Sequence record: PV287714.1
Length of the DNA: 64,000 bases
Direction: 5' to 3' (one strand)
Source: Escherichia phage HMD-9
The notes under the pieces are model-generated. The model made no database searches. It was given only the letters and a program-made list of their open reading frames with translations, and was not told the origin of the DNA. How positions within the stretch are numbered: the stretch's first letter is position 1; each line of letters begins with the position of its first letter. A program made the translations under genes and the position numbers. Shown here piece by piece: positions 1 to 9,585 of this stretch.

Positions 1-1
1 A

Positions 2-289
2 GTGGCATTGAGCGAAAGTACTAAAGATCTGACTGAGTCTCAAAAAGAAAAAGTCTCTGCTCTGGTCGAAGGTATGGATTATTCAGATGAATTCTCAAAT
101 AAATTGAGTGCCATCGTAGAAATGGTGAAGAAGTCTAATAAAGATGAAAGCACTATTACTGAGGGTATAAATACTCCTGATACTGAAGCAGCCGGACTGA
201 ATTTCGTCACTGAAGCTGTAGAAGATAAAGCTGCACCTGGTGCAGAAGATATTGTAAGTGTATATGCGAAAGTCGCATCTCGTTTCTAA
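2..289 (+). CDS. 22: prohead core scaffold protein gp22, C-terminal fragment (5' end outside window)
   Basis: Acidic ORF ending 19 nt before gp23 start; T4 synteny 22-23-24. Confidence 0.8.
   Translation: MALSESTKDLTESQKEKVSALVEGMDYSDEFSNKLSAIVEMVKKSNKDESTITEGINTPDTEAAGLNFVTEAVEDKAAPGAEDIVSVYAKVASRF
166..173 (+). promoter_or_regulatory. T4-type late promoter (TATAAATA), probable gene 23 promoter inside gene 22
   Basis: Exact TATAAATA about 135 nt upstream of gene 23 ATG. Confidence 0.45.
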
Positions 290-307
290 TTTTAAAGGTT
301 AACACAA

Positions 308-1873
308 ATGACTATCAAAACTAAAGCTGAACTTTTGAACAAATGGAAGCCATTACTGGAAGGTGAAGGTTTACCGGAAATTGCTAATAGCAAACAAGCG
401 ATTATCGCTAAAATCTTTGAAAACCAGGAAAAAGATTTCCAGACAGCTCCAGAGTACAAAGACGAAAAAATCGCTCAGGCGTTCGGTTCTTTCTTAACAG
501 AAGCTGAAATCGGTGGTGACCACGGTTACAATGCTACTAACATCGCTGCAGGTCAGACTTCTGGCGCAGTAACTCAGATTGGCCCAGCTGTTATGGGTAT
601 GGTACGTCGTGCTATTCCTAACCTGATTGCTTTCGACATTTGCGGTGTTCAGCCGATGAACAGCCCGACTGGCCAGGTATTCGCACTGCGCGCAGTATAC
701 GGTAAAGACCCGGTCGCTTCCGGTGCTAAAGAAGCATTCCACCCAATGTATGGTCCAGATGCAATGTTCTCTGGTCAGGGTGCTGCTAAGAAATTCGCTG
801 CTTTGAAAGCAAGTGATACTCTTGAAGTTGGAACTATTTACACCCACTTCTTCCAGGACACTGGTACTGTGTATCTGCAAGCTACAGAAGTTAAGCAAAT
901 TGATACTAGTGCAACTGACGCAGCTAAATTAGATGCTGAAATTAAGAAACAAATGGAAGCTGGTGTACTGGTAGAAATCGCTGAAGGTATGGCTACTTCT
1001 GTCGCTGAACTTCAGGAAAGTTTCAACGGTTCTACCGATAACCCATGGAATGAAATGGGCTTCCGTATCGATAAACAAGTTATCGAAGCTAAATCTCGCC
1101 AGCTGAAAGCTGCTTACTCTATCGAATTAGCACAAGACCTCCGCGCTGTTCACGGTATGGATGCTGATGCTGAACTGTCTGGTATTCTGGCTACAGAAAT
1201 CATGCTGGAAATTAACCGTGAAGTTGTTGATTGGATTAACTACTCAGCTCAGGTTGGTAAATCTGGTATGACCCTGACTCCGGGTTCTAAAGCTGGTGTA
1301 TTTGACTTCCAGGATCCGATTGATATTCGTGGTGCTCGCTGGGCGGGTGAATCCTTTAAAGCTCTGTTGTTCCAGATTGACAAAGAAGCAGTTGAAATTG
1401 CTCGTCAGACTGGTCGTGGTGAAGGTAACTTCATTATCGCTTCCCGTAACGTAGTTAACGTTCTGGCTTCAGTTGATACCGGCATTTCTTATGCTGCACA
1501 GGGTCTGGCTACCGGCTTTAACACTGATACTACCAAGTCAGTATTTGCTGGTGTTCTGGGTGGTAAATACCGTGTATATATCGACCAGTATGCTAAACAG
1601 GATTATTTCACTGTAGGTTATAAAGGTCCGAACGAAATGGATGCTGGTATTTACTATGCTCCATATGTAGCTCTGACTCCGCTGCGTGGTTCCGATCCGA
1701 AGAACTTCCAACCAGTAATGGGATTCAAAACTCGTTACGGTATCGGTATCAACCCATTTGCAGAATCCGCTGCTCAGGCTCCGGCTTCTCGCATCCAGAG
1801 CGGTATGCCTTCTATTCTGAATAGCCTTGGTAAAAACGCTTACTTCCGCCGTGTATATGTTAAAGGTATCTAA
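308..1873 (+). CDS. 23: major capsid protein gp23
   Basis: 521 aa; sequence recognised as T4 gp23 (MTIKTKAELLNKWKPLLEGEG...). Confidence 0.97.
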   Translation: MTIKTKAELLNKWKPLLEGEGLPEIANSKQAIIAKIFENQEKDFQTAPEYKDEKIAQAFGSFLTEAEIGGDHGYNATNIAAGQTSGAVTQIGPAVMGMVRRAIPNLIAFDICGVQPMNSPTGQVFALRAVYGKDPVASGAKEAFHPMYGPDAMFSGQGAAKKFAALKASDTLEVGTIYTHFFQDTGTVYLQATEVKQIDTSATDAAKLDAEIKKQMEAGVLVEIAEGMATSVAELQESFNGSTDNPWNEMGFRIDKQVIEAKSRQLKAAYSIELAQDLRAVHGMDADAELSGILATEIMLEINREVVDWINYSAQVGKSGMTLTPGSKAGVFDFQDPIDIRGARWAGESFKALLFQIDKEAVEIARQTGRGEGNFIIASRNVVNVLASVDTGISYAAQGLATGFNTDTTKSVFAGVLGGKYRVYIDQYAKQDYFTVGYKGPNEMDAGIYYAPYVALTPLRGSDPKNFQPVMGFKTRYGIGINPFAESAAQAPASRIQSGMPSILNSLGKNAYFRRVYVKGI

Positions 1874-1888
1874 TCTTTGACGATTTAA

Positions 1889-1917
1889 GGGACCTTCGGG
1901 TCCCTTTAGTTGTTTTT
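1889..1917 (+). terminator. rho-independent terminator after gene 23
   Basis: GGGACC-TTCG-GGTCCC hairpin followed by T-rich tract. Confidence 0.6.
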
Positions 1918-1921
1918 ATGG

Positions 1922-1929
1922 TATAAATA
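1922..1929 (+). promoter_or_regulatory. late promoter for gene 24
   Basis: TATAAATA about 28 nt upstream of gene 24 ATG, SD AAAGGAAAG. Confidence 0.55.
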
Positions 1930-1956
1930 AATCATATAAACTGAAAGGAAAGCGCA

Positions 1957-3240
1957 ATGGCTAAAATCAACGAACTTTTGCGCGAATCAACCACAACGAA
2001 TAGCAACTCAATCGGTCGCCCAAATCTCGTTGCTTTGACTCGCGCTACCACTAAATTAATATATTCTGACATTGTAGCAACGCAAAGAACTAATCAACCT
2101 GTTGCTGCTTTTTATGGTATCAAATACCTTAACCCAGATAATGAATTTACATTTAAAACTGGTGCTACTTACGCTGGCGAAGCTGGGTACGTAGATCGAG
2201 AACAAATCACAGAATTAACAGAAGAGTCTAAATTAACTCTCAATAAAGGCGATTTATTCAAATATAATAATATCGTTTATAAAGTATTAGAAGATACACC
2301 ATTTGCTACCATTGAAGAAAGCGATTTAGAATTAGCTCTTCAGATTGCAATTGTTCTTTTAAAGGTTCGTCTATTTTCTGATGCTGCAGTAACAAGCAAA
2401 TTTGAAAACTCTGATAGCGAAATTGCGGATGCTAGATTCCAGATTAATAAATGGCAAACCGCAGTTAAATCTCGTAAACTTAAAACTGGCATTACGGTTG
2501 AATTAGCACAAGATTTAGAAGCAAATGGATTCGATGCTCCTAATTTCTTAGAAGATTTGCTTGCAACTGAAATGGCGGATGAAATCAATAAAGATATTCT
2601 GCAGTCTTTGATTACAGTGTCAAAACGCTATAAAGTTACAGGAATTACTGATACTGGATTCATCGATTTGAGTTATGCATCTGCTCCTGAAGCTGGTCGT
2701 TCATTATACCGAATGGTATGTGAAATGGTTTCGCATATCCAAAAAGAATCAACTTATACAGCAACGTTCTGTGTTGCTTCTGCTCGTGCCGCTGCGATTC
2801 TTGCTGCATCAGGTTGGTTAAAACATAAACCAGAAGATGACAAATATCTTTCACAAAATGCCTACGGGTTATTAGCTAATGGTTTACCGCTTTATTGCGA
2901 TACCAACAGCCCATTAGATTATGTAATCGTTGGCGTAGTAGAAAATATCGGTGAAAAAGAAATTGTTGGATCAATTTTCTATGCTCCGTATACAGAAGGT
3001 CTTGACTTAGATGACCCTGAACATGTAGGTGCATTTAAAGTTGTAGTTGATCCAGAAAGCTTACAACCATCTATCGGTTTATTGGTTAGATATGCTTTAT
3101 CTGCAAATCCTTACACTGTAGCAAAAGATGAAAAAGAAGCAAGAGTAATTGATGGTGGAGACATGGATAAAATGGCGGGTCGTTCAGATTTGTCTGTTTT
3201 ATTAGGTGTTAAACTACCAAAAATTATCGTTGATGAATAA
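1957..3240 (+). CDS. 24: head vertex protein gp24
   Basis: 427 aa, gp23 paralogue, position after 23. Confidence 0.95.
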   Translation: MAKINELLRESTTTNSNSIGRPNLVALTRATTKLIYSDIVATQRTNQPVAAFYGIKYLNPDNEFTFKTGATYAGEAGYVDREQITELTEESKLTLNKGDLFKYNNIVYKVLEDTPFATIEESDLELALQIAIVLLKVRLFSDAAVTSKFENSDSEIADARFQINKWQTAVKSRKLKTGITVELAQDLEANGFDAPNFLEDLLATEMADEINKDILQSLITVSKRYKVTGITDTGFIDLSYASAPEAGRSLYRMVCEMVSHIQKESTYTATFCVASARAAAILAASGWLKHKPEDDKYLSQNAYGLLANGLPLYCDTNSPLDYVIVGVVENIGEKEIVGSIFYAPYTEGLDLDDPEHVGAFKVVVDPESLQPSIGLLVRYALSANPYTVAKDEKEARVIDGGDMDKMAGRSDLSVLLGVKLPKIIVDE

Positions 3241-3245
3241 AACAA

Positions 3246-3263
3246 AGGGACCAAAAGGTCCCT
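3246..3263. terminator. bidirectional terminator hairpin between 24 (+) and rnlB (-)
   Basis: AGGGACC-AAAA-GGTCCCT flanked by A-run and T-run. Confidence 0.55.
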
Positions 3264-3269
3264 TTTTAT

Positions 3270-4274
3270 TTAACTTACCAATTCAATCCAAGTCGGACGA
3301 AGTACATCTTGTACCATTTTAACTAATTCCTTTTTAATCAAAGAAGGATTATCCGCTTGAGTTAGAGTAATACCTTCACGAGAAGTTTCTTCCAAAATAT
3401 CTTGAACAGTTAGCCCCATCACCTTTCCAAAATCTTTTGGACCAATTTCGCCAATTTTAGAAATAACATTATTTACTCGGTTCAGTGTAACGTAGCAAGC
3501 TAAAATTCCCAGCAATTTATTATCAGCTTCTGACAACTCAACTTTAGCTTTAATAGGCTTATCAGACTTTTTCTTTTCGCTAAATTTAGAGTTCTTGCAT
3601 TTAATAGCGACACGATTGCCATTAGGCATCCAAGAAGGATAACAAGGTTTCAATACATATCCTTCAGCAGTAAATACTTCGCCTTTTGCTTCGGCATTCC
3701 AAACGCATTTATTTGCATCAACTAATCCAGCATGGTCTACTGTAAAATTATAATCCTGGACGACAGAATCTAAATCATTTGGCAATTTAATAAGTTCTTC
3801 AAATTTACCGCGACCTAAAAGTGGAGCCATTTTAAATTTAAATGTATTACAGAATGATTCCATCATATAATCATCGACATAAGTCACATCACCACTTTCC
3901 GTAGTAACAATAATGTCAAATACATAAAAATCTTTATCGCCATAATCGACATTCTTCTGAATGCCAGGTCCAGCGAATTCGCCAAAAACTTGATAAGATA
4001 CAACTGCTGAAGTTTCCATAATATCTTGCACTGCTTTAATGGAATCAGCGTAATTCTTTAAAATAATTTCATACCCAAAGAAATCTTCAGCAGGAAGAAT
4101 CGGTCCAGTACGTTTAGCACAAGTTGCTTTATCGCGTTCAATAATCAGTGAGAAATTTGTGCCATGAATCTTTTCACGAGCTACCCATTCGCCGCCAGTC
4201 AATCCTAAACTGTAAAGTTTTTCAATGAATTTAGAATTGTAATGATTTTCAAGACTGCTATACTTTTTAAACAT
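3270..4274 (-). CDS. rnlB: RNA ligase 2
   Basis: 334 aa; nucleotidyltransferase lysine motif KIHGTN; T4 position after 24. Confidence 0.93.
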   Translation of the reverse strand: MFKKYSSLENHYNSKFIEKLYSLGLTGGEWVAREKIHGTNFSLIIERDKATCAKRTGPILPAEDFFGYEIILKNYADSIKAVQDIMETSAVVSYQVFGEFAGPGIQKNVDYGDKDFYVFDIIVTTESGDVTYVDDYMMESFCNTFKFKMAPLLGRGKFEELIKLPNDLDSVVQDYNFTVDHAGLVDANKCVWNAEAKGEVFTAEGYVLKPCYPSWMPNGNRVAIKCKNSKFSEKKKSDKPIKAKVELSEADNKLLGILACYVTLNRVNNVISKIGEIGPKDFGKVMGLTVQDILEETSREGITLTQADNPSLIKKELVKMVQDVLRPTWIELVS

Positions 4275-4283
4275 AATTAATCC

Positions 4284-4562
4284 TCAAAATGTAATTTCTA
4301 ACCAATCACCATCACGCTGATCACTATTGACTTTAAAGCTAAATCCTTCTTTTCTCAGCCAATCACCAATTTCTTCAGTAATCAATTTATCGCGAGCGAT
4401 ACAATAATAACTAAAATATGTTTTACCTTGTTCAGCTGCTTTATTGGCAAGTTCCGAAAAATCTTTAATAAAACACTCTAGCTTAAACTGTTTACTTTTT
4501 AATGCTTTTTCGCGTAGTTGATTAGCAAAAGATTCATTTTCATAAAGATCATACTGTTCCAT
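4284..4562 (-). CDS. hypothetical protein (T4 24.2 position)
   Basis: 92 aa ORF, tightly packed in operon. Confidence 0.7.
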   Translation of the reverse strand: MEQYDLYENESFANQLREKALKSKQFKLECFIKDFSELANKAAEQGKTYFSYYCIARDKLITEEIGDWLRKEGFSFKVNSDQRDGDWLEITF

Positions 4563-4758
4563 TTTTCACCTTTTTATTGATATGTCTTTTTCTATAGACA
4601 ACTTTTTCTCGAGTTTCAAATTTATTCTTAGCAGTCATAGCTCGAGCCCATAATACAGCCACTTCTTTTGCCTGTAAGTTTAATTCACGAGCAATTTCAA
4701 TGAATGACTTTCCAGACTCATGAAGAGTAAACACCACAACCTCAGTTCTCATAATCAA
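4549..4758 (-). CDS. hypothetical small protein with helix-turn-helix-like segment (T4 24.3 position)
   Basis: 69 aa; SGKSFIEIARELNLQAKEVAVLWARA resembles HTH. Confidence 0.65.
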   Translation of the reverse strand: MIMRTEVVVFTLHESGKSFIEIARELNLQAKEVAVLWARAMTAKNKFETREKVVYRKRHINKKVKNGTV

Positions 4759-4832
4759 TCCCGTATTATTTGGTTTGTGCCATTATATACATCAATCTCA
4801 AGATGTGTTTTGTATGCTTTAAAACGAAGAAA

Positions 4833-4848
4833 GGGGCCGAAGCCCCTT
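4833..4848 (-). terminator. stem-loop/terminator downstream of hoc
   Basis: AGGGGC-CGAA-GCCCCT GNRA-loop hairpin immediately after hoc stop. Confidence 0.45.
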
Positions 4849-4852
4849 ACGA

Positions 4853-5983
4853 TTATGGATAAGTATAGATGATACCAGTTTCTAAAGCAGTTTTATGAAT
4901 GATGTATCCATTACGTGATTCTTGAACATCAACTTCTGGATAATCTTGAATCATCTTCTGAAGAGTGTAACGATGCAGGTAATATTTACTATCTGGGTCG
5001 TCAGTTTTCCAATCTTTACCTTCTTCGGTCATTTTTTGGATTTCATCCATAACCCACCAACCGCACCAGATGTAAGCTGAAGTACGATGTGGAAGAGGAT
5101 GAACATAAGGTAATTCACCTTCTGGTTCTGGAGCAACTTTATCAGTTACCTGAACTTGACCTGTTGCTGTAATAGTTTTGCTATCATAATCAGCAGCAGT
5201 AACAGTTGCAGTAACTTCAATAGTTTGACTTCCAACAGATGAAGTATCAACTGTATATACATTAGTTGACTCTTCTACAGTAGAAGAATCTTTCTTCCAC
5301 GAGTAAGTAATTTGTGCTTCTTCTGGAGCATCAGTAACATTAGCAGTAAATGTAGCCGAAGCATCTTGTTGAACGTTAATAGAAGGAGGAGTCAATGTAA
5401 CCTGTGGATTCATTGTCTTCTTATTAACCGTTAATGACACTTCATTAGAAGTAACGCTTAGTGCATCATAATCTGTCGCGGTTACTTGAGCTACACACTT
5501 GATTTTTTTAACTCCGCTTGTGGTAGGAGTGTAATTGAATGTAGCGCTAGTTGCTTCGTCCACAGGAGAATCATCTACATACCACTGATACGTAGCAGAT
5601 GCTCCATCAGGTTGAGAAGCTAAGGCAGCAGTAAATTGAACTGGGGTTCCGATTACTCCAGCGTCAGGGTTATCAGGAGTTACAGCCAATGTAGTTGACT
5701 GAGTTTTATTTTTAACTGTGATAGTTGTTGTCGCTTCAGCCGTTTCCGGGCCTCCTTCAGAAAGTGTATTTGTTGCAACAACTTTAATTGTTTTTGTTCC
5801 AGCAGGTCCTTTTAGTACATAACTAAAAGTTGCTTCAGCCCCATCTTGTAGAACATCATCTACGCTCCAAGCATATGTAATAGTTCCACCTTCAGTTTGA
5901 CCACTGGGTGCAGCAGTAAACTGCTCGGTTTCATCAATAACCCCCGTTGGTGTTTTAGGAGTTATATCAACTGTAAAAGTCAT
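4853..5983 (-). CDS. hoc: head outer capsid protein Hoc (Ig-like domains)
   Basis: 376 aa, Thr/Ser-rich tandem Ig-like segments, T4 Hoc size and position. Confidence 0.92.
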   Translation of the reverse strand: MTFTVDITPKTPTGVIDETEQFTAAPSGQTEGGTITYAWSVDDVLQDGAEATFSYVLKGPAGTKTIKVVATNTLSEGGPETAEATTTITVKNKTQSTTLAVTPDNPDAGVIGTPVQFTAALASQPDGASATYQWYVDDSPVDEATSATFNYTPTTSGVKKIKCVAQVTATDYDALSVTSNEVSLTVNKKTMNPQVTLTPPSINVQQDASATFTANVTDAPEEAQITYSWKKDSSTVEESTNVYTVDTSSVGSQTIEVTATVTAADYDSKTITATGQVQVTDKVAPEPEGELPYVHPLPHRTSAYIWCGWWVMDEIQKMTEEGKDWKTDDPDSKYYLHRYTLQKMIQDYPEVDVQESRNGYIIHKTALETGIIYTYP

Positions 5984-5992
5984 AAGTTATCC

Positions 5993-6673
5993 TTATTTTA
6001 ATGTTACGAAAGAAGAATTGCGTGTTTCACGAATTAAAACTGATCCGTCACGGTTAATGTAATAAATTAAGCTAAATAAAGTTTGGTGTGCTGACGCATG
6101 CTCAAAACTTGTTGGGTGAGATTTCCAATCCGGAGTTTCAGCAATCCATTGATAAATCCACCAAGGAACAGTACAGAATCCTGGATTTTTTCCAATCAGC
6201 TGAAGATTCGGGCTAAAGTTTTCCGGAAGAGTAAATACAGACGGCTTTTCAGATTCAATAATCTCAGCTACAGCTTGCTCGAATTTTTCTTCAACAAAAG
6301 GAGTATCTTCAATCAAAACATCGGTATTTTCGGGAATTTTATCCGTTTCGACTACTTCAATTTTAATGTCAGATTTAACCGGAGAATCAATCAGAAGTGC
6401 TGCCTCTGGATTGACTTCTTCATCGTCATATTTTAATCCGTCTGCGGCATCAGCAGCATCAATTAAGTCTTTAATAGATAACCCATCAGTCTCTGGCATA
6501 GGTTCACTAGCGAGCTTCTGGAGGGCTTCTTCAATATCATTAACGATATTATCAAAAGATTTATTCTTTTTGACCTTTATACCAAACTGTTCAGCATATT
6601 CAGCTAATTTAGCTTTAGCTTCTTTATTATCATCAAGAGCCTTCAGCTCTGCAATATAATCTTTATCTATCAT
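5993..6673 (-). CDS. inh: inhibitor of prohead protease Inh
   Basis: 226 aa, position between hoc and segD as in T4. Confidence 0.85.
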   Translation of the reverse strand: MIDKDYIAELKALDDNKEAKAKLAEYAEQFGIKVKKNKSFDNIVNDIEEALQKLASEPMPETDGLSIKDLIDAADAADGLKYDDEEVNPEAALLIDSPVKSDIKIEVVETDKIPENTDVLIEDTPFVEEKFEQAVAEIIESEKPSVFTLPENFSPNLQLIGKNPGFCTVPWWIYQWIAETPDWKSHPTSFEHASAHQTLFSLIYYINRDGSVLIRETRNSSFVTLK

Positions 6674-6686
6674 AATATTTCCTCAG

Positions 6687-6694
6687 TATAAATA
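6687..6694 (+). promoter_or_regulatory. late-promoter-like TATAAATA upstream of segD
   Basis: Exact TATAAATA 29 nt upstream of segD ATG. Confidence 0.4.
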
Positions 6695-6722
6695 TAGATA
6701 TATTTATTACTCGGAAAATAGT

Positions 6723-7340
6723 ATGTACCACTTTGTATATGAAACGACAAATCTAATAAATGGTAAAAAGTATATAGGAAAACACTCTACTGATGACTTG
6801 AATGATGGCTACCTTGGTTCCGGTAAAGCAATTCAGCAGGCTATAAAGAAATATGGTGAAAAGAATTTCTCTAGAACAATACTAAAAGAGTTTAAAACTT
6901 CCGAAGAAGCGTACATGTATGAAGAAGAAATTATAACTCCTGAACTAATAAAAAGCAAAAATTATTATAATATGAAACCTGGTGGAATTGGTGGAATTGT
7001 TATGACTGCAGAGGTTATAGCAAAGATGAAAGAATCTTCCGCTAAGAGATTTGAAAACTCACCGGGCACGGTATTAGGTACAACTTGTTACACCAATGGA
7101 ACTAAAAATATTTTTATTAAACCTGGAGAACTTGTTCCAGAAGGATTTGTAAAAGGGATGGTTCATCTTAATAGAAAGTCCAGAAAAGGATGTAAAGTCA
7201 AACCGACTACCACAGGAACTTTTTGGGTCAATAATGGAGCAATAAATAAATTAATACAACCAGACGGTATTATTCCCGACGGATTTATTAAAGGTCGTCT
7301 CATGAAAAGAGACTCTAAAGGCAAATTTAGTAAGGCATAA
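6723..7340 (+). CDS. segD: GIY-YIG homing endonuclease SegD
   Basis: 205 aa; N-terminal GIY-YIG motif (FVYETTNLINGKKYIGKH), free-standing, T4 position. Confidence 0.88.
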   Translation: MYHFVYETTNLINGKKYIGKHSTDDLNDGYLGSGKAIQQAIKKYGEKNFSRTILKEFKTSEEAYMYEEEIITPELIKSKNYYNMKPGGIGGIVMTAEVIAKMKESSAKRFENSPGTVLGTTCYTNGTKNIFIKPGELVPEGFVKGMVHLNRKSRKGCKVKPTTTGTFWVNNGAINKLIQPDGIIPDGFIKGRLMKRDSKGKFSKA

Positions 7341-7342
7341 TT

Positions 7343-8851
7343 ATGGATATTAAAGTACATTTTCACGACTTCAGTCATGTACGCATCGATTGTGAAGAGA
7401 GCACGTTCCACGAATTAAGAGATTTCTTTTCGTTTGAGGCCGATGGATATAGGTTTAATCCTCGCTTCAGATATGGCAACTGGGATGGACGAATCCGTCT
7501 TTTAGATTATAATCGCCTTCTTCCATTCGGCTTAGTCGGGCAAATTAAAAAGTTCTGTGATAACTTTGGCTATAAAGCTTGGATTGACCCACAGATTAAC
7601 GAAAAAGAAGAATTATCAAGAAAAGATTTTGATGAATGGCTTTCTAAATTAGAAATCTATTCAGGAAATAAAAGAATTGAACCGCATTGGTATCAAAAAG
7701 ATGCAGTGTTCGAAGGATTAGTTAATCGTCGTAGAATTCTTAATCTTCCAACATCCGCAGGTAAATCCTTAATTCAAGCTTTGCTTGCTCGTTATTATTT
7801 GGAAAATTATGAAGGTAAAATTCTTATCATTGTTCCAACAACTGCTCTGACAACTCAGATGGCTGATGACTTTGTTGACTATCGTTTATTCAGTCATGCA
7901 ATGATAAAGAAAATTGGCGGTGGAGCATCAAAAGATGATAAATATAAAAATGATGCACCAGTCGTTGTTGGTACATGGCAAACTGTAGTAAAACAGCCAA
8001 AAGAATGGTTCTCACAGTTTGGAATGATGATGAATGATGAATGCCATCTTGCTACAGGAAAAAGTATTTCATCTATCATATCAGGTTTAAATAACTGCAT
8101 GTTTAAATTTGGTTTGTCCGGTTCATTGCGTGATGGCAAAGCTAATATCATGCAGTATGTTGGAATGTTTGGTGAAATATTTAAGCCAGTAACGACTTCT
8201 AAATTAATGGAAGATGGACAAGTAACTGAGTTAAAAATTAATAGTATTTTTCTTCGCTATCCCGATGAGTTCACTACTAAATTAAAGGGAAAAACTTACC
8301 AAGAAGAAATAAAAATTATTACTGGACTCAGTAAAAGAAATAAATGGATCGCTAAATTAGCTATTAAGCTTGCGCAAAAAGATGAAAACGCTTTTGTCAT
8401 GTTTAAACACGTATCACACGGTAAAGCTATTTTCGATTTAATTAAAAATGAATACGATAAAGTTTATTACGTATCAGGGGAAGTTGATACCGAAACACGC
8501 AACGTAATGAAAACCTTAGCTGAAAACGGTAAAGGAATAATTATAGTAGCTAGTTATGGTGTATTTTCTACTGGTATTTCAGTTAAAAATCTGCATCACG
8601 TTGTTTTAGCACACGGTGTTAAATCTAAAATTATTGTATTGCAAACAATAGGTCGCGTATTACGTAAGCATGGTTCTAAAACAATCGCAACGGTCTGGGA
8701 CCTCATAGATGATTGCGGTGTTAAGCCAAAATCTGCTAATACGAAAAAGAAATATGTTCATTTGAACTATCTTTTAAAACACGGCATTGATCGTATTCAG
8801 CGCTACGCAGATGAAAAATTTAATTACGTAATGAAAACAGTTAATTTATAA
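7343..8851 (+). CDS. uvsW: UvsW RNA-DNA/DNA-DNA helicase
   Basis: 502 aa; Walker A LPTSAGKS and DECH helicase motifs. Confidence 0.93.
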   Translation: MDIKVHFHDFSHVRIDCEESTFHELRDFFSFEADGYRFNPRFRYGNWDGRIRLLDYNRLLPFGLVGQIKKFCDNFGYKAWIDPQINEKEELSRKDFDEWLSKLEIYSGNKRIEPHWYQKDAVFEGLVNRRRILNLPTSAGKSLIQALLARYYLENYEGKILIIVPTTALTTQMADDFVDYRLFSHAMIKKIGGGASKDDKYKNDAPVVVGTWQTVVKQPKEWFSQFGMMMNDECHLATGKSISSIISGLNNCMFKFGLSGSLRDGKANIMQYVGMFGEIFKPVTTSKLMEDGQVTELKINSIFLRYPDEFTTKLKGKTYQEEIKIITGLSKRNKWIAKLAIKLAQKDENAFVMFKHVSHGKAIFDLIKNEYDKVYYVSGEVDTETRNVMKTLAENGKGIIIVASYGVFSTGISVKNLHHVVLAHGVKSKIIVLQTIGRVLRKHGSKTIATVWDLIDDCGVKPKSANTKKKYVHLNYLLKHGIDRIQRYADEKFNYVMKTVNL

Positions 8852-8863
8852 GGGCTTCGGCCC
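8852..8863 (+). other. UUCG-tetraloop stem-loop between uvsW and uvsW.1
   Basis: GGGC-TTCG-GCCC directly after uvsW stop and before SD GGAG. Confidence 0.35.
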
Positions 8864-8876
8864 TTTGGAGAAAAAG

Positions 8877-9107
8877 ATGTTACTAGAATTTAAACAATTT
8901 CTTTATGAAGCTTCTATTGATGAATTTATGGGTAAAATTGCCTCTTGCCAAACATTAGAAGGTCTAGAAGAACTCGAAGCTTATTATAAGAAAAGAGTTA
9001 AAGAAACTGAATTAAAAGATACTGATGACATCTCTGTGAGAGATGCTTTGGCAGGAAAAAGAGCTGAATTAGAAGATTCAGACGATGAAGTAGAAGAAAG
9101 CTTTTAA
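8877..9107 (+). CDS. uvsW.1: hypothetical protein UvsW.1-like
   Basis: ATG with SD GGAG 6 nt upstream; track start at 8865 is TTG. Confidence 0.7.
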   Translation: MLLEFKQFLYEASIDEFMGKIASCQTLEGLEELEAYYKKRVKETELKDTDDISVRDALAGKRAELEDSDDEVEESF

Positions 9108-9164
9108 ATTAAAAAAGGCCCAACCAAAAAAAGGAAGGGCCAAAACTATAGACTAAAGGTCACA

Positions 9165-9332
9165 CTATAGCAAAAGTTGTGTTTCATTTAATTGTTCTTC
9201 CGAACTTTCTGAAACTGGTAGTTCTTTAATGTAATTATAGCAAGGCCCAGGATGTACAGGACCTTTGTCTGTTTCAACAACCAATGCAGAATCGATTGGA
9301 GTTTTACAGACAACACAAATCTTATCTGACAT
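9165..9332 (-). CDS. small Cys-containing protein (55 aa), not in ORF track
   Basis: ATG 9332 with SD GAGGAG; MSDKICVVCKTPIDS...PVHPGPC; late promoter just upstream. Confidence 0.5.
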   Translation of the reverse strand: MSDKICVVCKTPIDSALVVETDKGPVHPGPCYNYIKELPVSESSEEQLNETQLLL

Positions 9333-9357
9333 GATTGTCTCCTCTAAATTATATATC

Positions 9358-9365
9358 TATTTATA
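9358..9365 (-). promoter_or_regulatory. late promoter (TATAAATA on minus strand)
   Basis: Plus-strand TATTTATA 26 nt upstream of the 55-aa ORF. Confidence 0.4.
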
Positions 9366-9585
9366 TAACTCTCATATGCATATCAATGCCCATATCTTTA
9401 GAATAAAAATATTCATCAAGATATCCGGCAAATTTTCCTTTAATATAAAGTACATCTTCACCACATGGGTGGTCGGCCAGGATACGAATATCCTGGCGCT
9501 TGAGATTATACTTTTTCATTAAGAATTGAATTTCCGTTTCGAATTCTTCTTCATAATTAAAAGCATCATCAATGCTATATTTCAT
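9361..9585 (-). CDS. hypothetical protein (uvsY-downstream ORF)
   Basis: 74 aa ORF abutting uvsY stop. Confidence 0.7.
   Translation of the reverse strand: MKYSIDDAFNYEEEFETEIQFLMKKYNLKRQDIRILADHPCGEDVLYIKGKFAGYLDEYFYSKDMGIDMHMRVI

Noticed and set aside
494-898. 134-aa minus-strand ORF inside gene 23
   Set aside because: Lies entirely antisense within the highly conserved major capsid gene, with no Shine-Dalgarno; treated as a chance open frame.
6098-6659. Two plus-strand ORFs (112 and 97 aa) inside inh
   Set aside because: Antisense to a recognisable gene, low-complexity translations; chance frames in AT-rich DNA.
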